A stretch of 64,000 nt of DNA from Terracidiphilus sp. (GCA_035606555.1 DATNFD010000044.1:756-64755); one strand, 5' to 3'. Counted from the first letter of the stretch, positions 9,545 through 19,820 are shown. The notes: generated by a model from the sequence alone, not told the origin. Numbers and translations: made by a program.

Positions 9545-11050
9545 ATGAATCGCCGCGAGTTTCTTGAAACCGCATCCGCTACCGCTTGTTTCACGATCCT
9601 TCCAAGGCATGTATTGGGAGGGACCGGAGTCGTCCCGCCAAGCGACAAAATCACGCTTGCATACATCGGCACAGGCACGCAGGGTCTCCGCGAGATGCCG
9701 AGGTTAATTGCGACTCCTGAGATCCAGATTGTCGCAGTCTGTGATCCTTCGAAACATGCAATCGGATACCGGGATTGGGGAAGGGATGACCTTCTCAATG
9801 AACTGCGGACGGTCCTGGGGAAGCCTGAATGGATGGGGGGAACCGAAGGAACTGTCCCCGGAGGCCGTGATGTGGCCAAGGACTTTGTCGAAACGTACTA
9901 CGCGACCGAGCGTGAGGGGGCCGCGTTCAAGGGGTGCTCTTCATACCCTGATTTTCGCGAACTGCTGGACAAAGAAAAAGACGTAGACGCCGTCAAGATC
10001 ATGACGCCGGACCATCTTCACGGCATCATCAGTATTGCTTCTATGAAGAGGGGCAAGCACGTCATCATGCATAAGCCCATTGCCAACCGATTGCGCGAAG
10101 CCAAACTGGTGATCGATACCGCGCGAGAAACGGGTGTTGCCACGCACTTTATGCCGTGGGAAGCGAATGGATCCATGGATCAGGTAATGGCGTGGATCAA
10201 TGGCGGGGCAATCGGCGATCTGCGTGAAATTCATAACTGGACGAATCGTCCTGTATGGCCGCAGTACACCAGCGTGCCGACTGCGTCCACGCCTGTTCCG
10301 GAAGGCTTTGATTGGGACTTGTGGCTTGGGCCTGAGACCGAGCGGCCCTATTCGCCTGAGTACACTCACATGGTATTCCGCGGGTGGTATGACTTCGGAG
10401 GTGGTTCCATGGCGGACATGGGACATTACAGCCTGTGGACGGTGTTCAATGCCCTGGATCTGAAGTCACCCACCAGTGTCGAGCCGACGCTAACTCACAC
10501 GTGCGGGTTGAAGGATGGGATCGCGTTCACAGTGAATAACGACTTCTCGTTCCCGACGGCAAGTGTTGTGCGCTTTAAATATCCGGCAAGCGGAAAGAGG
10601 CCCGCGGTGGATCTGGTGTGGTATGACGGCGGGATGCGTCCCCAGACGCCGGAGGAGCTTGAGATCGATGACGAAGAGCTTCCGATCGAGGGCATGATGT
10701 TTGTCGGCAGCAAGGGAAAGATCCTGTCTGGCTTTCAGCTTGAGGATCCACATCTGATATCGCAAGGAAAGATGGACAAAGATCTGGATGCGCCGGTTCG
10801 TGTCCGTGGACAGCAAGTTTCGTCGGGGATACGTCAGTGGGTTGCCGCTGTGCGTGGCGGACCGCAATCGCCCTCGAGCTTCCTGAACGCGTGGCCCATT
10901 TCAGAGGCCGTCAACTTGTACGCGGTCGCACTGCGGACAGGCAAAAAACTGCTTTACGATGGGCAATCTCAGACGGTCACGAATGTGGCGGAGGCTGACA
11001 GATATCTGAGCCGGGAATATCGGAAGGATTGGGATCCGCGAGCACAATGA
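9545..11050 (+). CDS. Tat-exported Gfo/Idh/MocA-family oxidoreductase
   Basis: MNRREFL Tat motif, IGTGTQG, TPDHLH, HKP, DWDLWLGP and GGSMADMGHY. Confidence 0.9.
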   Translation: MNRREFLETASATACFTILPRHVLGGTGVVPPSDKITLAYIGTGTQGLREMPRLIATPEIQIVAVCDPSKHAIGYRDWGRDDLLNELRTVLGKPEWMGGTEGTVPGGRDVAKDFVETYYATEREGAAFKGCSSYPDFRELLDKEKDVDAVKIMTPDHLHGIISIASMKRGKHVIMHKPIANRLREAKLVIDTARETGVATHFMPWEANGSMDQVMAWINGGAIGDLREIHNWTNRPVWPQYTSVPTASTPVPEGFDWDLWLGPETERPYSPEYTHMVFRGWYDFGGGSMADMGHYSLWTVFNALDLKSPTSVEPTLTHTCGLKDGIAFTVNNDFSFPTASVVRFKYPASGKRPAVDLVWYDGGMRPQTPEELEIDDEELPIEGMMFVGSKGKILSGFQLEDPHLISQGKMDKDLDAPVRVRGQQVSSGIRQWVAAVRGGPQSPSSFLNAWPISEAVNLYAVALRTGKKLLYDGQSQTVTNVAEADRYLSREYRKDWDPRAQ

Positions 11051-11248
11051 GAATCGTTTTCCGACCCTGCCGGTCCTTTGAAGGGATCGCGCCAGGTACA
11101 AGCAATTTTCTTTATCGCAGCGACTTATTCCACCAGCAGAGCCGACCTGAATGTACGATGCAGAATTCAGCCTGATCGGCAGAACAACGTGAAAGACTCA
11201 ATGAGTGGGCTTTCATGAGAGCGTATTGGGGTGCTAGAATCCGCATCC

Positions 11249-11521
11249 ATGCCGCAGTTCGTCATTGAACGCGAGATTCCGGGCGCTGGATTGCTGAGCG
11301 AAGAACAGATCAGGGAGGTCTCCATTCGCTCACTGGAGACTCTGAAGGATATGGGGCCCCACATCCAGTGGCTGCACAGTTATGTGACAGAGGACAAGGT
11401 GTACTGTGTGTATCTGGCACCCGACGAGGAAACTATCCGTGAGCACGCGCGGAAGAGTGGAATCCGGGCGGATCGCGTTTCAGCAGTACGCAGGCTCATT
11501 AATCCCGCAGCATACAATTAG
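11249..11521 (+). CDS. DUF4242-domain protein
   Basis: MPQFVIEREIPGAG, WLHSYVTEDKVYCVYLAPDEETIREHA and ADRVSAV. TGCTAGAAT extended -10 just upstream. Confidence 0.85.
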   Translation: MPQFVIEREIPGAGLLSEEQIREVSIRSLETLKDMGPHIQWLHSYVTEDKVYCVYLAPDEETIREHARKSGIRADRVSAVRRLINPAAYN

Positions 11522-14081
11522 TTGGTTCCGGCGGCTCGAGCGCAAAGAGGACAGCGCTCTGAAGCAGCATCTCTTGACCGCGCTCCCAAGAGGTTTGTCC
11601 CTTGTCGGTGCTTATGGCATGCCAGGCTTGATCGATCTCTGTTTCTAGTTTGATGCGCTCTGTGTGAGGCAGTGGGGAGCCTATCTGGTTCCGCAAATGA
11701 TCCGCTGCGGCTGCCAAGGTCAGTGCTCTGCAGGGATTTCCGCTGGTTGCTGCCAGGCACGCCATCCCTTCCAGCCCCCGTGCTATGCCCCGCCGGTGAC
11801 CGAGCTCTGTGAACAGTTCCAAAGCTTCGCGATACGCCTTGTGCGCGGCGCCAAACTCGCCCTTTTTGCAGAAAATGTATCCAAGATCGGCCAAGGATCG
11901 CGCGCAGCCCCAGCGGTCTCCCACGTTGCGGAAGGCTCTCAACGCTGTACGGTAGAGGTGTTGTGCTGCTTCGATTCGCCCTTGCTCCAGTTCGAGATCA
12001 CCCGACTGATTAATCGACCACGCTGCGCCACTTGGGTCTCCAACTTCTTCGAATATGGAGGTCGCCTCCGCGAGCGCTTCAGCCGCAGGTCCGAAGTCAC
12101 GCCGCATTTTCGCCGCATTGGCGAGATTGTGCAAACACCTTGCCATGGAGAGGCGATCCGGCAGCTTGCGCCAATATGCAAGGCTCTGTTCAAAGTAGCG
12201 TAGAGCCTGATCGAAATCGCCTCGATCGCGCGTGGCGACCGCGAGCGCATTCAGCGAGGCTGCCATTCCCCAATGGTCATTCAGTTCGCGATACAAGGCG
12301 AAACTTTGCTTTAAAAAAGCATCCGCCGCCTCATAGTCTCCCTGCGGCGTTGCCAAAGCTCCCAGAAAAGTACAAATCCTGCCGCGCTCCTTTGGATAAC
12401 CGTGTTCAGCAACCCGAAGCAGAGCTTCAAGTCGTGTACGCCCTTCCAGGAAATGCTCGCGCATGTCCCAAAAACGGAAAAGCGCCATGGATAGGCGAAG
12501 AGCCCACTCGATTTGATGATTCTCGATCAGCCAATCCAACGCGCTACGAAAGTTATCGATTTCCAGATCGCATCGTGAAAGCCATTCAGTTCGCGCGGTT
12601 GGATCAAGTTCTGGATTGCCCTCCTCAGCGATCACGAGGCAATAGGCCGCATGACTCCGGCGTGTCTGCCGCTCTTCTCCACTCGAAATCAGACGTTCGA
12701 GCGCGTATTCACGAATTGTCTCCAGCATCGTGAAGCGCGGCTCGGCCTGGAGACTCTCAGCTCGTTCAATGAGATTCTTATCGAGCAGCGAAGACAGGCC
12801 TTCGAACACTCCGATCTCAAGATCCTGACTGGTGTTGCAGACGGCTTCTGCTGCCTCGAGGGTCCCACCGCCCACAAAGACGGAAAAGCGCCAGAACAAC
12901 GTCTGCTCAGCGGAGTTCAAGAGATCGTAGCTCCAGTCGATTGTCTTGCGGAGCGTCTTTTGTCTTTCGGGTAGATCAGAGGCGCCACCTGTCAGAAGCT
13001 GCAATCGACTCTGCAGCCGATCGAGGATGGCCGCTGGAGATAGCACCTTTGTCCGCGCCGCAGCGAGCTCAATCGCCAATGGCAAGCCGTCTAGGCGGTC
13101 GCAGAGGTCTCGAATTGCCGTTTCATTCTCAGGGGTGACAGCGAAGTTAGGCCGAACCGCCATTGCTCGTTGATGAAAAAGTTGGGCGGCGGGGCCAACG
13201 GGCAACGGCGTTACGGGAAACTCCTGCTCTCCATAGATCTGCAAAGAAGCTCGGGTAGTGACCAATATCTTCAGGAAAGTGCAGTGACTCAGAATCTCCG
13301 AAACCAGCTGGGCGGCCGGGAGCACCTGCTCAAAATTGTCCAGGAGGAGCAAGAATGGACCGTTAGCTTCGATCTGATCAGCAATTACCTGTAGAATCGT
13401 CCGAGTCGCCACCTGCTGGAGATTGAGAGCCTTAACAATGGCCGCGCCCACAAGATCGGGGCTTGTGATGGACGATAACGCAACAAATTGGACGCCACCG
13501 GTGAAGTCGTCAGCCACTTGTCTTGCAACTGCGAGGGCAAGTCGAGTCTTTCCTGCACCTCCTGTACCGGTCAGGCTTAGTAGCCTGACATTGGGATCGA
13601 GAATGAGCTTCGCAGCCTCGTTCAGTTCCTTTTCCCGCCCGACGAGCAACGTCCGAGGCATCGGCAAGCCGATACGTTTGGACGAGAGTTTTTCAACAGC
13701 AGGTGTGGGATCCCGCATCGGAGTCGGCGGGGCTGTTGCGTCAGACAAGGGTGCCGGACTATTCAATTGGCGGACGGTGACCGCGAAGAGATATCCCCGG
13801 CGGGGTATTGTCTTGATCATCTGCTGATCGGGATCTCTTAATGCGCGTCGCAGTTCAACCGTGCACTGCACTAATGAGTCATCCGTGACAAAGCTGTCCG
13901 GCCAGACGGCCTTTGCTAGTTCCTCCTTGGCAACGAGGCGGCCCGCATTCTCGACGAGATACTTGAGAGCTTCAAAGACCTTTGGGCGAAGTTTCACCCG
14001 CTCGCCGGTGAGGAAGAGTCCGCCTCGCGCGAGATCCAGAGTAAAGTCACCAAAACCATATGTGATCAGTCCTGTTTCCAG
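11499..14081 (-). CDS. wHTH (OmpR/CadC-type) - STAND/NB-ARC-like ATPase - TPR transcriptional regulator
   Basis: FGDFTLD...LRPKVFEAL...IKTIPRRGYLF wHTH. LTGTGGAGKTRLA Walker A, LLLLDNFEQ Walker B, LDGLPLAIELAAA and TPR repeats. Start extended to CTG 14081 (GGAGGT RBS at 14092-14097). Confidence 0.88.
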   Translation of the reverse strand: METGLITYGFGDFTLDLARGGLFLTGERVKLRPKVFEALKYLVENAGRLVAKEELAKAVWPDSFVTDDSLVQCTVELRRALRDPDQQMIKTIPRRGYLFAVTVRQLNSPAPLSDATAPPTPMRDPTPAVEKLSSKRIGLPMPRTLLVGREKELNEAAKLILDPNVRLLSLTGTGGAGKTRLALAVARQVADDFTGGVQFVALSSITSPDLVGAAIVKALNLQQVATRTILQVIADQIEANGPFLLLLDNFEQVLPAAQLVSEILSHCTFLKILVTTRASLQIYGEQEFPVTPLPVGPAAQLFHQRAMAVRPNFAVTPENETAIRDLCDRLDGLPLAIELAAARTKVLSPAAILDRLQSRLQLLTGGASDLPERQKTLRKTIDWSYDLLNSAEQTLFWRFSVFVGGGTLEAAEAVCNTSQDLEIGVFEGLSSLLDKNLIERAESLQAEPRFTMLETIREYALERLISSGEERQTRRSHAAYCLVIAEEGNPELDPTARTEWLSRCDLEIDNFRSALDWLIENHQIEWALRLSMALFRFWDMREHFLEGRTRLEALLRVAEHGYPKERGRICTFLGALATPQGDYEAADAFLKQSFALYRELNDHWGMAASLNALAVATRDRGDFDQALRYFEQSLAYWRKLPDRLSMARCLHNLANAAKMRRDFGPAAEALAEATSIFEEVGDPSGAAWSINQSGDLELEQGRIEAAQHLYRTALRAFRNVGDRWGCARSLADLGYIFCKKGEFGAAHKAYREALELFTELGHRRGIARGLEGMACLAATSGNPCRALTLAAAADHLRNQIGSPLPHTERIKLETEIDQAWHAISTDKGQTSWERGQEMLLQSAVLFALEPPEPTNCMLRD

Positions 14082-14336
14082 AGAAGTTTGTACCTCCGTG
14101 CAAACTTGCCATGTGACCTTACGGAGAATTTCGTCTTTCTTTTGGAGAACCTTCGTTACTGAGGAGCCAAGGAAGCGCTACTTTAGCGAGATAGGGCTGG
14201 ATCAGCCATCCCCGTTGCACCATACGAAGGATCCGGAATTGGGGCAAGCCGCGATGGTGCAAATTCTAACAAATCCACTCACGTAAGCCGGCCAGCATGC
14301 CGGGACTTTGCGGTTCCGGCGTCAAGGAGGATCGAA

Positions 14337-15410
14337 ATGGCAACTACGCAGGCACCCGCTATCGACATGAACAAACTCAACACCTTCATCGGCCAGTTTG
14401 TCTCGGACCTTGGAGCTTCAGTCCACGCTGGTATGGTGGTCATCGGCGAAAAGCTCGGACTCTATAAAGCTCTGGCGAGAGGCCCGGTCACTGCAGCCGA
14501 ACTAGCCCGCATGACCGCAACCGACGAGCGTTACGTCCGGGAATGGCTCGCTTCACAGGCGGCTGGAGGCTATATCACCTACGACAGTTCCAAAGACCTC
14601 TTCAGCCTGAGCGAGGAGCAGGCGTTCACGTTAGCGCAGGAGGACAGTCCCGCTTATCTTCCTGGTGCGTTTGAACTGGCGCTTGGATCTCTTGCGGCCG
14701 TCCCTCGCATCACGGAGTCCTTTCGAACCGGCGGAGGAATGGGATGGCACGAACACAGCGACGGAGTCTTCCACGGTTGCGAGAAGTTCTTTCGGCCCGG
14801 CTATGCCGCAAATCTCGTGAGTTCCTGGATTCCCGCTCTCGATGACGTACAGGCGAAACTCGAAGGGGGCGCGCGTGTGGCCGATGTGGGATGCGGGAAG
14901 GGCGCATCCACTGTTTTGATGGCTAAGGCCTTTCCAAAATCCCAGTTTTTCGGATTTGATTACCACGACAAATCGATTGAGGGTGCACGCGAGAATGCCC
15001 GACGGGAAGGGGTGGGCGAACGCGCGGTCTTCGATACTGCGACGTCGAAGGATTTTCCGGGGCGGGAATATGATTTTGTCACCGTGTTTGACTGCCTGCA
15101 CGATATGGGCGACCCAGTGGGAGCGGCGGCGCATGTTCGCAGCACTCTCGCCAAAAATGGCACATGGATGATCGTCGAACCCTATGCAAATGACGAACTC
15201 AAGGACAATCTGAACCCCATCGGCAGAGTGATGTATTCCTTTTCGACGCTGCTTTGCACCCCTTGCTCTCGTTCGCAGGAGGTTGGACTTTGCCTTGGGG
15301 CGCAGGCGGGCGAAAGACGCATCCGTGAAGTGGTTCACGCTGCTGGTTTCACCCGGTTCCGGCGCGCCGCTGAGACTCCGTTCAACATTGTGTACGAGGC
15401 GCGTCCCTAG
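14337..15410 (+). CDS. Class I SAM-dependent methyltransferase with N-terminal wHTH (Rv2258c-like)
   Basis: AAGGAGG RBS; GEKLGLY, ERYVREWL, VADVGCGKG, FDCLHDMGDP and LGAQAGE. Confidence 0.9.
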   Translation: MATTQAPAIDMNKLNTFIGQFVSDLGASVHAGMVVIGEKLGLYKALARGPVTAAELARMTATDERYVREWLASQAAGGYITYDSSKDLFSLSEEQAFTLAQEDSPAYLPGAFELALGSLAAVPRITESFRTGGGMGWHEHSDGVFHGCEKFFRPGYAANLVSSWIPALDDVQAKLEGGARVADVGCGKGASTVLMAKAFPKSQFFGFDYHDKSIEGARENARREGVGERAVFDTATSKDFPGREYDFVTVFDCLHDMGDPVGAAAHVRSTLAKNGTWMIVEPYANDELKDNLNPIGRVMYSFSTLLCTPCSRSQEVGLCLGAQAGERRIREVVHAAGFTRFRRAAETPFNIVYEARP

Positions 15411-15415
15411 GGATG

Positions 15416-15459
15416 GTGCCGGCTGGATCGGCGGCATATTCTGCTGGATCAGCCGGCGC
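15416..15459 (+). other. Intercistronic stem-loop
   Basis: GTGCCGGCTGG...TCAGCCGGCGC long imperfect inverted repeat just after the methyltransferase stop, with no U-tract. Confidence 0.45.
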
Positions 15460-15557
15460 ACTCCATGGTGTACTGGCGTTCCGCTGCTTAAATTGCAGCA
15501 TTCGGTTCGCCCGCTCCCATGATGACTTCAAAATCAGTGCGATTGAGGTACCTCCAC

Positions 15558-16799
15558 ATGGCTACCGTTCAAGAAACGACTTCCATCAACTCCAACGACT
15601 TACCCCGTGATGAGCCCGGCAAGTCTGAGTCTGTCGCCGGCTCTCTGACAAGTGAAATGCTGGCGCGTTTCGAAGCTCGGGCGGCTACGTACGATCGTGA
15701 AAGCCGCTTTTTCGATCAAGACTTCGAAGAATTGCAAGGTGCAGGATACTTGCGTCTGCCTATTCCGCGAGAATTAGGAGGTGCCGGGCTATCGCTGGCC
15801 CAAATGGCTCGAGAACAACGGAGACTGGGCTATTACGCACCTGCTACGGCACTTGGCGTGAACATGCATCTCTATTGGGTCGGCCTGGCAGCCGATCTGT
15901 GGCGAAAGGGCGACAAGTCTCTTGAATGGCTTTTGCGTGATGCCGCCGCGGGCGAGATCTTCGCTGCAGGGCATGCCGAATCTGGAAACGATGTTCCGGT
16001 TCTTCTCTCCACCACAAAGGCAGAGCGCGTGGAAGGCGGTTATCGCTTTCACGGGCGCAAGCAATTCGGAAGCTTATCCCCCGTCTGGACGCGGTTGGGC
16101 ATTCATGGGATGGATATGACCGACCCGTCACAACCGAAGGTCGTGCACGCATTCATGATGAGAGACACGACGGGCTACATAATCAAGGAGACATGGGATG
16201 TGTTGGGGATGCGGGCGACCCGCAGCGACGACACAGTTCTGGAAGGCGCATTTGTCCCCGATGTGCATGTGGCTCGCGTCGTTCCGGCAGGCGCAGCCGG
16301 CATCGACGCGTTCGTGCTCGGGGTCTTTGCCTGGGCCCTGGTCGGTTTCGGCAATATTTATTACGGTCTTGCACAGCGAGCCCTCGACAAATGCACCGCT
16401 GCGTTGAAGAACAAGCGTTCGCTTGCGATCACACGCACAATGGCTCATCACCCTGAGGTGCAACACGCGATCGCAGAGATGACGATCGAGCTCGAGTCCA
16501 TCGGACCGCATCTCGATAGAATCGCAAACGACTGGTCGGCAGGGGTGGAGCACGGAATGAGATGGCCCTCAAAGATTTTTGCCGCGAAATATCGTGCGGT
16601 GGAAGGTTCATGGCGTGTCATAGATCTCGGTCTCGATATTCTGGGCGGCGCGGGTATCTTCCGTTCTCAAGGATACGAACGAATTCTGCGTGATGGCCGG
16701 CTCGGCAGAATCCATCCTGCAAACTCGTTCCTCACACACGAGGTAATTGCCAAGACGGCATTGGGCATCAGCCTCGATGAGCAGCCTCGTTGGGGATGA
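15558..16799 (+). CDS. Acyl-CoA dehydrogenase-family protein (flavin-dependent monooxygenase-like branch)
   Basis: PRELGGAG, FHGRKQFGS, WDVLGMRATRSDD, GGAG and YERILRDGRLGRIHP. GAGGT RBS before ATG 15558. Confidence 0.88.
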   Translation: MATVQETTSINSNDLPRDEPGKSESVAGSLTSEMLARFEARAATYDRESRFFDQDFEELQGAGYLRLPIPRELGGAGLSLAQMAREQRRLGYYAPATALGVNMHLYWVGLAADLWRKGDKSLEWLLRDAAAGEIFAAGHAESGNDVPVLLSTTKAERVEGGYRFHGRKQFGSLSPVWTRLGIHGMDMTDPSQPKVVHAFMMRDTTGYIIKETWDVLGMRATRSDDTVLEGAFVPDVHVARVVPAGAAGIDAFVLGVFAWALVGFGNIYYGLAQRALDKCTAALKNKRSLAITRTMAHHPEVQHAIAEMTIELESIGPHLDRIANDWSAGVEHGMRWPSKIFAAKYRAVEGSWRVIDLGLDILGGAGIFRSQGYERILRDGRLGRIHPANSFLTHEVIAKTALGISLDEQPRWG

Positions 16800-16914
16800 C
16801 GTATTGAGTCCCGATAGGGCGGGGGGTATGAGTGGCAGGACTGGCAGACCCTGTGAATTCGAGACATGGACATGCTGAGACGGCAAGAACAGAGTGTCTA
16901 CGCGAATAGCACTC

Positions 16915-19620
16915 CTATTCGCCTCGCAATGCTCCAATCGGATCGACAGCAGCTGCCTGGCGCGCCGGAAACGCAGACGCGAGCAGCGCCAGCGCAAACA
17001 CGGCTATAGCCGCCAGCGAAAGCACGCGGGGATCAAAGGGGCTTACCTGGAACAAGAAGCTGCGTACGAGGCTGGAAGCAGCAGCAGCTCCAGCCAGGCC
17101 GGTCAGGACCCCGATCGCCGCCAGTTTTGCTCCGGAGATCAGCACCAGCCGCACGATGTCCGCGCGCTGCGATCCCAGGGCCATTCGGATCGCCATCTCC
17201 CGCGTGCGCATGGAGGCGGAAAACGCAATCACGCTGTAGATGCCGATGAGCGCCAGCAGCACGGCGGCCGCGGCAAAGCTTGAGATCAGCGCGGCATTGA
17301 ACCGGTGTGGCGCCACGGTCCGGCTCAGCGCCTCGTCCATCGAATAGGCCTCGGTGAGCGGAAGCAGCGGATCGATGGACAGAACCGTCGCGCGCAGCGA
17401 TTCGATCATGCTGTCGGGCGGCAGCGCCGTACGCAGGACGATACTTTCAGCCTGCGCGTTCAACAAGCCGGGCGGCACCAGCTTTCCGTAGGAAGCCATC
17501 AGTTGGCTGGAGGGCTGGTAGATCTCGTACTGCGTCGGAGCGTCCGCTGCCATCTGCTTGATATCGCCCATTACGCCCACCACCGTCATCCAGGGCGTGG
17601 GCGTCTTGGGGTATCCCCAGCGCAAGCGCTTGCCAATCGGGTTCTGTCCGGGCCAGAAATGCTCGGCGAGCTTGTGGTTCACGACGCAGACCAGCGGCGC
17701 CTTTATGTTGTCGACTTCGGTGAACACTCGGCCGCGCAGCAGCGGAATCCCAGCCGCCCGAAAGTAGTCGCCTATTACTTGAGACGGCCAGGCGATATCT
17801 ACTTCAGTGGCTTTGGGCGGAACGTAACTGTCGGCGACGAATGTGCTGTTGCGGACCATTCCTGAAGCGGGAAGGTACGACGTGATCCCCACGGACTCGA
17901 TGCCCGGCGAACGTTCGAGCCTGCGTAGCAAGGTGCTGTTAAATGTATCGATGGCGGCCTGCCTCGAGTATTGCTTTTCCGGCAGCCTATAGTTCGCGGT
18001 TAGGAGGTGATCGGTGCGAAAGCCTAAATCCACTTCGCGCAGCATCTCAAAGCTCCGCAGCAACAGGCCTGAGGCGATCAGCAGCACCAGAGCCACGGCA
18101 ATCTCCGCGACTACCAATGCAGAGCGCAGGCGCGCCTGCGCTCCACTCGCCGATCCGGTGAGTCCGCCGTCTTTGAGCGTCTCGTTCACGCCGGTGCGCG
18201 CCGCTGCCAGTGCCGGGGCCAGCCCGCAGAGCAATCCGGTGAGCACTGCCGTGCTTATCGCAAACAGGACCATGTGCCAGTCGATCCGGATAGATTCCAC
18301 GCGCGGCAGCGTCTCCGGCAAAAGACTGATGCCAACCCGCACGGCCAGCGCCGCCAAGCCCAGTCCAATCAAGCCTCCCGCAAAGCTCAACGCGAGTGCT
18401 TCCACGAGGCTCTGCCGCAACAATACGGCTCCGCTTGCGCCCAGCGCGCGCCGCACCGCAATCTCTCGCCGCCGCCGAATCACGCGTACGAGCAGCAGTC
18501 CTGCGAGATTGGCGCAGGCGATAAACAGCACCACGGCAACGGCGAGGAACAACATACGCAGCAGCGGCCGCACCTGCGTCACCGTGTCTTCGGCCAGCGG
18601 GCGAACCATGGCGCCGATACGCTGGCTGCTCATGTAGGCGGGAAAGTTGCGCGTGATCTGCTGTGCGACGCGCTCGGCGTCCTGCTGGGCCTGCGCGGGT
18701 GTCACACCCGGCTTGAGGCGCCCTACCATTCCGCAGCACCAAGCAGCTGCCTCTTGCAGCTCATCGGGCGTAGGACTCAAGGGCACCCACAGCCGGATCT
18801 GATCCATTTGGCCGGGAACGAGCGGAAACTCGAATCCGCGCGGCATCACTCCGATGATCTCGTAGGTCTTGCGGTTGAGTTCAATTTTGCGACCCAGTAT
18901 CTGCAGATCGGCGTGAAAGCGGCTGTTCCACATTGGGTAGCTGATCACGGTTACCTGCTGGCCGCGATCGTCTTCCTGCTGCGTGAAGGTGCGGCCCATC
19001 AAGGGCGCGACGCCCAGCAGAGGAAAGATGCTCGCCGTGACTCGCGCCGCCCTGATTTCCGCGGGCTCGCCAGCATCGGAGAATTCATAGCCGGCCTGCT
19101 CAAACCCGCCCAGGGCAGCGAAGCCCTTGGTCTCGCCCTCGTAGGTAAGAATCTGCGGCATGGTTACGCCGATATGGCCATTGCTGCCCATACTGATACC
19201 CGGCACAGTATCGCCCAGCACCACCAGCCGCCCCGGATCGGCAAACGGCAGCGGACGCAGCAACACACCCTCGATGATCGAAAAGATCCCCGTTGTGGCG
19301 CCGATGCCGAAAGCCAGCGTGAGGATAGCCGTAGTCGCAAACCCAGGCGACTTTCTCAGTTGACGCCCGGTAACGCGCAACTCCCGCACGAACAAGTCGA
19401 CTGCCGATTCCCAGCCAGCCGACCATACGTTATGCCGCACCATCTCGCGGCTGCCTATTTCTGCTCGGGCCTCGCGCTCGGCATTCTCCTGGCTCATACC
19501 GAGTCGCAGTTTATCCTCCACCGAGGCTGCGAAGAAGGTTCTGAGTTCCTCTTCGATCTGGGCGTTGCGCTCGGACGGGCGAATCAATGCCCGCACACCG
19601 GCCATGAGACTTCGCAGCAT
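16915..19620 (-). CDS. ADOP-family duplicated ABC permease
   Basis: Permease prefix (QIEEELR...AEREARAEIG), LRKSPGF, IACANLAGLLL, RTREMAIRMALG and VDPIGALRGE. Confidence 0.93.
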   Translation of the reverse strand: MLRSLMAGVRALIRPSERNAQIEEELRTFFAASVEDKLRLGMSQENAEREARAEIGSREMVRHNVWSAGWESAVDLFVRELRVTGRQLRKSPGFATTAILTLAFGIGATTGIFSIIEGVLLRPLPFADPGRLVVLGDTVPGISMGSNGHIGVTMPQILTYEGETKGFAALGGFEQAGYEFSDAGEPAEIRAARVTASIFPLLGVAPLMGRTFTQQEDDRGQQVTVISYPMWNSRFHADLQILGRKIELNRKTYEIIGVMPRGFEFPLVPGQMDQIRLWVPLSPTPDELQEAAAWCCGMVGRLKPGVTPAQAQQDAERVAQQITRNFPAYMSSQRIGAMVRPLAEDTVTQVRPLLRMLFLAVAVVLFIACANLAGLLLVRVIRRRREIAVRRALGASGAVLLRQSLVEALALSFAGGLIGLGLAALAVRVGISLLPETLPRVESIRIDWHMVLFAISTAVLTGLLCGLAPALAAARTGVNETLKDGGLTGSASGAQARLRSALVVAEIAVALVLLIASGLLLRSFEMLREVDLGFRTDHLLTANYRLPEKQYSRQAAIDTFNSTLLRRLERSPGIESVGITSYLPASGMVRNSTFVADSYVPPKATEVDIAWPSQVIGDYFRAAGIPLLRGRVFTEVDNIKAPLVCVVNHKLAEHFWPGQNPIGKRLRWGYPKTPTPWMTVVGVMGDIKQMAADAPTQYEIYQPSSQLMASYGKLVPPGLLNAQAESIVLRTALPPDSMIESLRATVLSIDPLLPLTEAYSMDEALSRTVAPHRFNAALISSFAAAAVLLALIGIYSVIAFSASMRTREMAIRMALGSQRADIVRLVLISGAKLAAIGVLTGLAGAAAASSLVRSFLFQVSPFDPRVLSLAAIAVFALALLASAFPARQAAAVDPIGALRGE

Positions 19621-19632
19621 GTCTCCCCTCTC

Positions 19633-19809
19633 TCAGGCTTCAAGAAGTTGTTCGATAGTCGCAGGCGCCCCGGATTCACTCGAAAACTGCGTCGCTCACG
19701 TGTTCGATGCGAGGGGTTATTCCGTACCCGTGGATCGGTTCGAGAGCCGGTGTCTCGAGCACTACACTTGCACCATCCCTTGAACCAGTCCGCGATTGCT
19801 TACGCCCAC
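19633..19809 (-). pseudogene. Decayed PadR-family regulator upstream of the ADOP gene
   Basis: Fragments in different frames: GTG start after GGAAGG, GLVQG, then VVLETPALEPIHGYGITPRIEHVSDAVF, then FRVNPG joined directly to C-terminal ATIEQLLEA-stop. Roughly half the gene is deleted. Confidence 0.8.
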
Positions 19810-19820
19810 GAAGCCTTCCA

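Noticed and set aside
11499-14081. STAND ATPase as an Avs-type anti-phage NLR
   Set aside because: The N-terminus is a DNA-binding wHTH rather than a nuclease/TIR/SIR2 effector, and the context is metabolic, so a transcriptional regulator fits better.
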